Assembly: GCA_003344405.1 (NCBI GenBank)
Contig: NOWV01000013.1
Location: 310,001-374,000, forward strand
Source of the DNA: Trichoplax sp. H2
Taxonomy: Eukaryota
Length of the DNA: 64,000 nt
Direction: 5' to 3'
The number at the start of each line of letters is the position of its first letter. Positions within the stretch are counted from its first letter, which is position 1. The translations under genes and the position numbers were made by a program. Shown piece by piece: positions 12,393 through 23,400 of this stretch. Below the pieces are notes generated by a model that did no database searches, was not told where the DNA came from, and saw only the letters and a program-made list of their open reading frames with translations.

Positions 12393-15051
12393 CTAATCGT
12401 CTACAGCTGGATCAAACGAACCCTATAAAAGATCACATTGACAAGTTTATCCAATTAGAATCAATAATACATAATTTATTAAAGCGAGAAATATTCGTGG
12501 CTAAGTTTGTCCACTAACCCATCCTCCTTGCATGATAATCCATTCAGTAAATGTGTCATGTATAAACTTTTTAGTGTGTTTCTTGACTTTGTCCGCTAAG
12601 TCACCAATATTACCCCAAGCAGAAATGATACTTCCACTTAAATCTAAAACGGTAGCGATTTGGGCCATTTGCTCGGGCGAGGATAATTCAGGCGAACCAA
12701 CTACCTCTACAAGAGGAAGAAATAATAGATTACTGAATATTCTATACAACATCTTGTGTAAATTACTTAGCTAAATAACTTAGTAAGACATTTCAAATAA
12801 AGTTATGTTGCAATCTCTTTGAAAAATTTATACAAATAACGGTACTGTTGTGGTAGAAAGGCTACCAGGGGATTTAATAGTGCAACGTCACAAAAAGTGA
12901 CCAATGTACCTGCATTTGATGTTTTACGGATAGCCTCACTGGCCATTTTCTGAAATCGTTTGTATGTTTTCTTTTTTGTAGTATAAGAGCAGTTGCCAAG
13001 CCCCATATCGGCGAGTCTTAAATCATTTCTCTCAGAAAGAGCTGCTAGCCATTGAGCAACATACATCATTTTCTTATCTTCTTCGCTTCCTTCTACAGGG
13101 CTTCCTCTTTCACTGTTGCATGAACTGTCTCTAGATACTTGTCTAAGCATAGACCATTTACTACGCGTTAATTCAGCTGGTACCGCAGTTATTCCTATCA
13201 ATTTCGTCATCGATTTTATGGATTAATATCGCATTTTATTTTCTATAATGGATATTATTGACTACTGAGCATGTTGAATCTCAATTAGATAAAGTGGATA
13301 TTAATTTAATAGTAACTTTTAGCGACTTTAAAAAATAACTGGCATTTCACTTTACATCATAGAGACTGTACTTTATAAAGATTATAGTATAGTAGCGTGA
13401 AAATGAATAGAAATCAATCAATGAATGCTAATGGTAAATAAATTTTATAGATACATCCTACTGATACAGTATAAGCATATATAGTAGTGGAAATGCATAA
13501 TAAAAGCATTTGATGGACTGTATTTTGATGCCTACTTTCTGGTATAATCTCTCTACATATTATTTAATAATAGTTAGAATCGTACCATTGCCTTCACTTT
13601 TCTTCGTCTCTTCGGTGCTAATCCCTGCTGTGGGTTCTGTATCATCTTCAGCTGAGATACCATACTGATAGAAATTAGAGCGATCGCCATTCCTCCAACT
13701 TTCACTTATTTCATTCTTTTGTACTATAGCTAATGACGCAATCAATACATCAGAACAATATCAATCAATATTTCACGGCGTTTTATACATTAACAATCAA
13801 TCAGCTCAACAATCACTTATCTATGCGGAAAAGGTAATTTAAAACTTAAAACTTAAATGGTTCATTGCCGGATAAGCAACATTTCCGATTGTGTTATTCG
13901 ATAGTAATACGTCTAAATATGTGTTATTGTACGTATACTACAGTAAGTAGACTTTCAAAATAATAACTAAATTGTGTCTATATCTTATCAGTATAGTTAT
14001 TATGGTGTAAACAAATAGCATTAAATGGTTAATCTACAGATTAACGATAGTAAAAACTAGAAAGTATAGAATAAATCCTCATGGCAAAACCATGCAATAT
14101 CCTATTAGATAACAAAATTTAAAAACAGCTTTACTGTGCCGTGATTTATCATCGGAAACGGGGATTATTTTTAAGAGGTAATTTTTAACGATGAATCAAG
14201 ACAACTTTATTCTCTAAAATGGTAATTTAATACTGGAGGTAACTTGTAATCATTGTTGATAGTAATATCATAACTGTTTTAATGGTGTGGCAGCTAATTG
14301 TATCTGTCTAGTTTATGTTAACGTTGCAAGGTGAGCAGGTGATTGTACAGCGTTCTTTAAAATGATATAATAATCACAAGATGATTCCCCATGTTACTAC
14401 TGTACGTTGACAATACTACCGTATAGGCCAATTAGTTTATTTTAGTACGGGATATCAATTACCTTGACCTGTAGGTGATTGTGGCTGATCAACTTTAGAG
14501 TCGGTTCGGTTAATGAGGGCAGAAAGCTTTTTGACTTTCTTCCAATTCAAAGTTAGCTTACTTTTTCTTCTCGAAGAAGTACCAGAACCAGAGCGCTCTC
14601 TCCTTGACGCAGATCCAGAGCGTTCTCTCTTTGACGCAGATCCAGAGCGTTCTCTCTTTGACGCAGATCCAGAGCGTTCTCGCTTTGATGCGGAGCCAGA
14701 ACTTTCTCGCTTTGATGCGGAGCCAGAACTTTCTCTCTTTGACGCAGAACTGGAACGTTCCCTGGCTGTGGTAGTATTGCTACTGAAATTTCTATAACCA
14801 ATGACTTCGACGCTAGCACTTGTTCGAGGCGGATATACCGATGGCATTGATGCCGAGACCTCTCTAATTTCGGTACGACGTATACCGCCACCAACGGAGC
14901 TGTTAACGGAAGATCTACTCACTGCTGCATGATTATAATTATCAGCAGTTTCCAATTTAAGCTTTAGAAAGTTTTCTAATACTTTACTAATTTGTCGACG
15001 AGATTGTTTTTTATCCTCATCAGAGGGTTTTCTTCGCGTGATGGAAGACAT
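12393..15051 (-). CDS. Divergent BCL-2 family protein (BCL-G/BCL2L12/BFK-like architecture), ~409 aa, no C-terminal TM
   Basis: Five phase-compatible GT-AG exons: 15051-14463, 13723-13586, 13194-12910, 12706-12519, 12422-12393 (1230 nt). BH4-like ISKVLENFLKLKL, BH3-like VAQWLAALSERND, BH2 FTEWIIMQGGW followed by a phase-0 intron directly after GGW. Ends GSFDPAVDD*. Confidence 0.78.
14585..14760 (-). repeat. 27-bp coding tandem repeat (~6.5 copies) encoding (KRE[R/S]SGSAS)n
   Basis: Plus-strand unit GATCCAGAGCGTTCTCTCTTTGACGCA repeated with small variants. Confidence 0.95.
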
Positions 15052-15399
15052 GGTAGTTCAACTATTGCCAGTCTAAAAGTACAGGCTAATTGAGTTAAGA
15101 CACGTCTGCCCATACAACGTATTTGTATACTGTAGTACCTTCAAGACGTCAAATTGACCAGAAAATACGAAAGTCTGCAAGAGCCCACAGAATTTTCAAC
15201 TATGATTAAATTGTCTACAACCGAATGAAAGTGATGCAAAATATTAAATATCCATCCTTTACTACGTTAATGACACACGTTATAAGTGTGCACCTGCAGT
15301 AGATAAAAACGTGGACAAGGTGACTGAATACAATCAAAAGATTATTTTTCTTTCAAGATTAGGTGATGGGCGAGTCATGATCCTATTCTAAATCGGTTG

Positions 15400-16400
15400 T
15401 ATAAAGTTTACAAAGTCAAGAAATACCTGTATGTAGTCAACCGATGATAGTTGGCAAGGTAATCTGCTGACAGAATGTGATTTCTCTCCCTTCTCTTTCT
15501 GTAGTACTGTCCATGGATTGAAAATGATTGAAAACAAGGTCTATTAGTCACCATGCTCAACTTGAACTCGAATACTCGTATACTGTCAATCTATTGTACC
15601 AATGTATCTGGATAAAGTATGGACGATTTCAAGACAGTACTATCGAAAGGTTATTTTACGAGCATTTTAATATCAGCTTAGAGACAAGCCCTGATCGTGC
15701 TCCGTATCGCCTTAAAATAAGGTCAAGACATACCTGTATGTATGCAGTCAACCGATGGGGATTGGTAGCGTAATCTAGCTACAGCGTGCAAACTTTGTAT
15801 TCTCTCTTCTTTTTCCTAGAAAATCAATCAATCTGAATAGTAAGCTTCCATACGTTAACAACATACGAGTGTCGACTGTACAGCGTGTAAAGTGTAGACG
15901 AAGTATCGACGATTGCAGTACTATCAAGAGATTCTTTATTGACTATCCGTCGATCGATGAGGTCTATTTAGTTGATCCGTCTGATGTACATCGCCTTAAC
16001 TAATACACTATTAAGATGAAGAAGAAAGTCTTAACCTACCTAGATGTGGTTAATTGACCAACAACGATGAGTAAAGGATTAATTGAATTCGATCACCGCG
16101 TTTAATCACTCAGTCTCTTGTCTTTCCGTAGCTGATGGATTGAAATGATTGAAAACAGTAGTCTCAATGCCAAGTTATACTACGTTAACAACACCCTAGA
16201 ATAGTTTGTAAAGAAAGCATCGACAATTACATACACTACAATGCGATCAAGCGATGATTGAATTCAAAATCCATTTCTAGTATACTGTACATATCGCCTT
16301 GAAGGCATACCTGTTCAAGGTAAATTCAACAAGATCACCAGCTGAATAGAGTGGTAAATCTCTCTTCTGGCGTCGGGTGTCAAAGGATCAATTCAATCGT
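15400..16400 (-). repeat. Four degenerate ~300-bp units, each carrying an exon-like segment with a 5' splice site
   Basis: Recurrent ATCGCCTT (~15707, 15991, 16293) and TACCT(G/A) (= minus-strand AG|GTA at ~15425, 15732, 16038, 16309). Units 1 and 2 share GTCAACCGATG. Confidence 0.65.
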
Positions 16401-16461
16401 AGTTGATTACCTAGGATGAATCAATCATTTAGAGATGATTATCACACCCAGCTACACTGTA

Positions 16462-16730
16462 GGGGAGCTACGCGTATATTGGACACCAATCACTGCCAAT
16501 ATGGATGATGAAAATTAAGCCTTGAGTAAGGAATGTTTGCAGTTTATTTTCTTCCACCGCCGCCGAATGGATAGAGGGCTTAGATGGGCTTGTCGGGGAG
16601 CTACGCGTATATTGGACACCAATCACTGCCAATATGGATGATGAAAATTAAGCCTTGAGTAAGGAATGTTTGTAGTTTATTTTCTTCCACCGCCGCCGAA
16701 TGGATGGAGGGCTTAGATGGGCTTGTCGGG
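16462..16730. repeat. Near-perfect 133-bp tandem duplication
   Basis: GGGGAGCTACGCGTATATTGGACACC...GGGCTTGTC begins at 16462 and again at 16595; I see two substitutions. Confidence 0.95.
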
Positions 16731-16919
16731 CTTTGCTTGGGGTAGGCTTGCGCGATTGATATTTCCAACTGGAGTTGAGAAAACGCCTTAACGATCCGAT
16801 CCGGTCCGGTCCGGTCCGGTGGTCTTCTTTTGCTAATGAGTGAGATGAAAGCAGCAGGGGGTCGCCGAGGTCCTCCTCTTCCGACTACCGAAGCGATATG
16901 ACTCAGTTCACGCTCGGTC

Positions 16920-17340
16920 ACAGTACTATACACTAGAGTGATGCAGTCTAGACGGTACCGTACTGGACACAATATTCTGCACTACTGTGCCACTGTACTG
17001 TACTGGATGTCTATAAATAGTTTTTCTATCATTAATGGCAAGTTTATTGACGGCTTAAAAAAAACAATCTCTGCTCTGATCCAGTAATCGACCAATGCAG
17101 GCCTGTAGGAACATGATTGTTTACTTACAGTACAGTACAGTACAGTTCTAGCAGCCAAAGCCAATCAAAACAAAAAGTCTTTGATAGTGTAGTAACTGTA
17201 CTGACTACTCACAGCAGTCTGACTGACAGTAAACATGAAACTGGTACTACAGTAGACAGTAGCAACAGTACTATCAACTACAGTGTACAGTGTACAGTAC
17301 ACGCACAGTACTGTACTGTAGTGTATTTTCAACTTCAATA
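16920..17340. promoter_or_regulatory. TACAGT/ACTGTA-rich low-complexity tract, probable promoter region of the BCL-2-like gene
   Basis: Dense TACAGTAC/GTACTGTA motifs, the same signature seen just upstream of the PhoD and TNPO3 starts. Confidence 0.45.
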
Positions 17341-19599
17341 ACAACTCGGTAACCCTGGAGATACACTGGATATACTGTACACTTTACTCTTTTCACAAGA
17401 AAGCAACAGGCTTTACTTCATCACTTCGCAACATATATTATACCTCGAAGATACGACATGATGAACCCATGGGGATTACTCGATATCTATCTAGTGATTC
17501 ATGAGCTAGCATGAATTTAAGATTGAAAAGGAAACTCTCTTTTAAGTACTCCTCGATCATGATTACAGTCCACTATGGCTATGTGTGTTAGGGTTACGTA
17601 GGATCATGATCAATGTAAAAGTTAATTTTGCGGATTGCAATTTTGAGACGAGTACAAACAACATGAAAATAGGCAGACAGTTGATCTTTTAAATTACACT
17701 ATTAAATAATTTTCCTTTTTTTTCCACTATTCATGAAAAAGACGATCTAAATTGCCCCGCCTACAGGACTAGCATTAAATGACATCATTTCTGGCTGTTT
17801 ACAATCGATTTACTGATGGATAGACTTCGTAGATTGTAGTACACAACGACGGTGTACAGTCGTTGCGATCAAAATTAGCCTACAATTCATGGATTCCATC
17901 CTAAGCCTAAGTAAAATAATGCACTATGGTGATGACGGTATTACTCCATTGTGCCCTACTCATGTGCATGCAATTTTCGACAACGTGAGAAAAAGTTGAA
18001 GAAATCCTTTCTTTGGCCACCATGGAAACGAATAAAAGGTTTCCAAGTGCCGATAAACTATGCATCTACGCGTGCTATAACCCACACTAATGTCATACAC
18101 TAGTATCTAACTTCTACAGTATTCTATAAAGCAGTGAATGTACAATGTACATCTTGGATATCTCACCAATTTATTACTTCTTGATCAGGAGGATGACATT
18201 CAACTACTCTCCAAGGAGATTGAAAATGATCCAAAGTGTTAATATTAACAACAGTTTCAAGTGCCTTGTCTATTTACCTTGAACACGGTGTATGACAATT
18301 TAGCCTACTGTACAACGATTCAAATGGAGTTTAATCTTCCAAGACTTATTGAATTTTTAGAGATGGTAATCTTTCAAAATGTTGATACTATATTTAGAGA
18401 TTACGTATTGCTGACAGCGGGTAAAAGACAGTAATCAAGTGTTACAAATGGACAATAGGTGGATTCACGAGTACAGAAAATTACTGTATATACAGTACGT
18501 AAAAAATAACGAAGGTAACTCCACTAGTAATAGTAATATTATCGCTTAAAAGTACTGTACTGTATTGTAGATTGACGATAAGGTCACCCAAAAAATAGAA
18601 CTGAAACATTAAAATTCCCGCAAAATTATTCCTGGTAACTCACAATCACGCTATCATGGCGTGTAGCAATCATTAATATTCCATTCATCTACAGTTGTAC
18701 GCATAAACAAAATATTAAGATTAGAAGAATGATCAAATTATTTCAAAATTTGGATGTCATGAAATTGATGATGCCAATTGTATTATTGGATGCTTTAAGG
18801 AATACTCTCGTTGTAAGCTGGTACAAAGAGAATTACCTTCGAAAAAATCCTTCTATAAACAGTTATGAACAATAATTGGAAAGAAAACATTGCTGTACTG
18901 TTACAATATTAGACGGTACAGTAGAAACTGGAATCAATCCCCAAAATAATCACTATAATAGCGTACAGTAAATATGCATAGGTCTAATACTTGTTTAAAC
19001 TTGCGTTATTCTACCGATCATCTAATGAGTCATCAATCCTTTGTCATGGATAGCCAGTGTCCATGTAGCTGATGACTGATTAAGGATTTACAGGTATTAT
19101 CTTCATATCCATCATTGCATCATTCTTTTTAATCATATTACTACTCATTTTATTAAACGGAAAACAAGCAGAATGATCATCAGCGACTGCTAAAAAAAAA
19201 AATAATATCACTCTACTGCGTTGACTGTTCAGTATAACGGAAATCGGACGGTACTACTGTATAAAATTGTAGAGTAGACCACAACACGGAAGTGATGAAA
19301 AAAAGATTCTATAGATAGCACTACCTACTGAGCACTATTTATTAATCCAGTGATAAGAATAATTACATATATACCGTATATGACATATAGAATTCGAAGC
19401 ATCCAATAGATTAATGAATTGCTACGACACACAAGGGTTTCTGTCAAACAATGATTCTCAATATTGCACTACAGTAATACAGCATAACAATGTCGTAATT
19501 CTACGTTGGATAAAATGTTGATTAGTAGAGGAGTAGCTGCTAGCTGAATCGATGACTCATCCGTAACGGAATCATTTATGAATTCTACGTGTCCAGTAT

Positions 19600-20330
19600 G
19601 CCACTGTACAGTATAGGAATGAATGAATGAATTCACTAATGAATGCTAAACTGTACACTGTACTGTACAGTAGAGTATGCTATAGAATTCTACAGTACTG
19701 TACACTGTAGAATTTGTACTCTGCTGTGCTGTACTGTCGAATTCTTCACCGTCAAGTTGTCCCTTTTGGGCCTGCGTAGTGTACAGTACAGTGTACAGTG
19801 TACAGTACTCTAGTACTGTACTGTATGGGCAAAGGGCATTTCTAAACTTTGGCAAATCCAATTTTTTTTTTTTTACTTTTGCAATGTAAGGGAGAATATC
19901 ACGTGACTTTGATCATACGTACACTAGAGACCCTCATAGAATGTACAGTACCTGTCAAAACATAATTGACAATTTTCAACAGAATTAATGGATGCATAGG
20001 GTTAACCTCAATTAATGCTGTTGCAAATTGTCAATTGTGTTCTGACAGGTGCTGTATAGTGGTTCTGCGGTGTAGCACAAGTAGAGTTTCATCAACTTAC
20101 AGTGCAGTATGGGAGAACAAGCGGGGCCAAGTGTACAGTACATGTATATGTACTGTACACTGTAGAAGGTCTCTCGTGCACACTGACTTTACAGTGTGCA
20201 GTGTACAGTACAGGAACGCATACTGCCACTGTACTGTACAGTACAGTAAATCACGGCCTACAGTACAGTACTACTGTATTTACTGTACTGTATGTACTGT
20301 ACTGTACTGTACTGTAATTTTATGGTAATT
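19600..20330. promoter_or_regulatory. TACAGT/ACTGTA-rich tracts upstream of the PhoD gene, flanking an E-box (ATCACGTGAC, 19898-19907)
   Basis: Two motif-dense blocks (19600-19830, 20100-20320) ending about 80 bp before the ATG at 20406. Confidence 0.55.
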
Positions 20331-20405
20331 TTATGGTAATAGTATTACGTCGTTGAGAAAGCCAAGGCGAAAGCACTGGTAATTCATCGGCATAGTTGAT
20401 GCAAA

Positions 20406-23400
20406 ATGGTAGCGAAAATGAGCGATTTAAAGTTCTTGACCAAGGTGATCTTCATACCTACTATGCTGATACTTGGTGTAAGTGGAGGTCAAACTTCCGA
20501 TTACTACAATCAAAGTGTTATCAGTACTGTCGCCTTTGGCAGCTGCAGGTATGCAAATTTATTGAATGAATAAAGTATAGCAGGATGAAAATCAAGAGTT
20601 ACCCCTACTGCATGCCTCCGTCATATCCTACAAGTTAGTAAGCTCATCGGTAGATCTACAGTTCCAGTATATTATCAACTTGAAACAATTTACCGAGTGG
20701 AAGCTGCATAGATGACGCATACAGTAAAGTATGGAGTCGTCAATTTCACATCGGAGTAGTATAAGTACAATGTACCATAGACCAACGGTCGATAATACGG
20801 TACAGTATACACTTCAATAGAGCTGGTATTTATTTGCAAGGAATTTTGACTACCTTGATCGAAATTGAAGCTGCACGATTTTAAAAATCGGTGATGAAAT
20901 TCGTACTGTACAAGCTAGTCAGGCATAAATACACATGCCAACTCACTACTAGACCATAGCATACAGTGCACGCTATCAGCCTACCTGAAGTAGTCTCAAT
21001 TTCACATCCAAGTCCAATGTACCATGTGCAATGGTAGTATCAGCATTAGGCGCAATCCAGTCTACGCTTGAATACAACTAATGTTTTTCTGTATTGGCTA
21101 GAATCTTCACTACTTCGATCGGAATGAAAGCTGCATAATTTAAATGATCGGTAATAAGATTCATACAAGCTAGCCAGGCACCAATACACATGCTAATGAA
21201 CTGCTAGACCATAGCATACAATACACGTTATTGGACCACCTGAAATTTCTAGAGCTACTTCAATTTAATGTTCATTTATTGATCGATAGATTTACAGCAA
21301 TATTCGATGCAAGCGCTTTCACCACATGCAATCTGGATAAGTATTGTAGATGTCGACGTGATTGCATGTTTCTCCATCCATTTTGAATCTTCACAGCGTC
21401 GATCAAACGTCTCCAAATGATCTACACGTTACATGATATAAGATGTATCACGCTTTCATAATCAATTATCCACTAAATATTTATTATTTAACCCAGCTTG
21501 ACATAGAGTTTGTTCATCTCAGTATTAATCATGAACGAATTAAAACAATAAAATACTCCTAAGCACTACCACCATCGGTATACTATGATTAGCGACTAGT
21601 TGATTACAGCATTAACAGTATAAAAGTCGTCTTACTGCAAACTGATAGAGCTATTTCAATTCAATCATCAAGCTTACTATGATGTTATTATAAACTAATC
21701 TACATCATTTCTATGCCTTAGCAAGAATAGTTTACCACAAACAATTTGGCAAAGTGTTATTGGACAAAAGCCAGATTTATTCGTTTGGCTAGGTGATGGT
21801 AAGTCCGAAAGGGTAGACTCTATTTTGCTATAACAACAATGCTTATAACCTTTAATTATATTAGGTTCCTGTTGAACTACTTGTTAAGTTTATTATCAAC
21901 TAATTAATCTTACTAATTCGCATGTATGAATTATTTACTATCAGATAAAGTCGTTAACAAATCATATTTGCAATTAAAATACTTGTATCTGCACGCGTTA
22001 TAATTTACTCGCCTTCTACAATACGCCTTCTACAATACTACAAAGTGTATCAATCAACTGAAATAAAAGCTACAACCGATCTTTATCAACACTATACGAC
22101 ATACGTATACTCATATACAGTATAGAATTGACCTATTACGGCAACTTATTAAATTGAGCTTAGTTTACGCTCTCCCTAACCACGGTAGCTCAAAAATTTT
22201 ACTCTACCAATATTTTAAAATTGATTAAAGATATAATCACACTACAATATGCAAGCCTTGATGGATACTAAATGACGATAGCATTGCTATCACCTTAGAT
22301 GTAAGCAAGCTCCATTCGCTCTGCAAGTATCTTAATACCGTCTAAGTGCACATCAAGATACCTTTTATTCATGTATTTTTATAAGGTGTCACAATTAATA
22401 TTCGTTTTATAATCCATCGATCTTTTTGTAGACTAAATAATTAAAGTAGTCAATATAGTAACGAGTTAAGCATCTTGTTCCTTCTTGATAACTACTATCC
22501 GCTTCAATGAAACAAGAACTAATAAGATAATTTGATATTCACCAAACTTGCGATATAGTGGTCTACGCGGATCGCAGAATTCTACCATTTGTATGGACTC
22601 GTAATCCACCAGAAGTTGTAGAAGATATCTATATGCGCTTCTATAACAATACTGCATACAAGGTATTATTCCCTATTTTATACAGATCACAAGACTATTG
22701 GCTCATGTACTTACAAATATTAAAGGAATTTCGAGAAACCGCTCTCATTAGACCTAATAATGCTTATTCTACTTGTATATGGCATGCATATCTTGCTTAA
22801 TTGATTCTAATATTCTTAGTTTATGGGTATTCTGGATCAAATTTTAATAGCTAATCAAATCTTGCTAGTAATGTTCGTAAATATACTATTAACACTTTCG
22901 ATCTATATGCTACTTAATCTACTTATAATGCTGAAGCATTAATTAGATAATTTGTGTATTTAATAGAAATTTCGAAACAGCGGTATAAAAATAGTTGGCG
23001 TTTGGGACGATCATGATTATGGTGAAAATGGTGGTAATAAGGTAGTAATGAAAAATGTTCTATATAGCATTACAGTATATACCACTATGCTACACTACAA
23101 ACTATTCTATTCAGCAATACTATCCACCGTACCAGTATTAACCTTTATCTTCAACCTATTCTAATTAAGAGTTGAAACATTTTTATTTAATCAACACCTA
23201 ATATTGATAGTGAGTAGTATTGAGGTGTACTAAACTACAAAACCCACTATGTAAAATTATATCATTTAATGGTAATATTTAGATTATTTTAATATTGCAA
23301 CCTAACCATCTAATGATATTTTCATCTATATTTATCATCCGATTTATTAATCCTATAATTTTCATAACAGAATTCCAATAACAAATTGCAAACACAACAC

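Noticed and set aside
14513-14894. Overlapping ORFs 14513-14797 (+) and 14553-14894 (-)
   Set aside because: Shadow frames kept open by the stop-free 27-bp repeat inside the real exon.
16430-17360. Telomerase RNA, RNase P/MRP, SRP, 7SK or box C/D snoRNA identity for the GC-rich island
   Set aside because: No adequate CCCUAA template (only a 7-nt TAACCCT at ~17350), no recognisable P4 or SRP motifs, and the ATGATGA C-box has no nearby CTGA D-box.
19646-20328. Short Cys/Thr/Val/Tyr-rich ORFs (also at 17117-17341 and 33708-33986)
   Set aside because: Translation products of the TACAGT low-complexity tracts.
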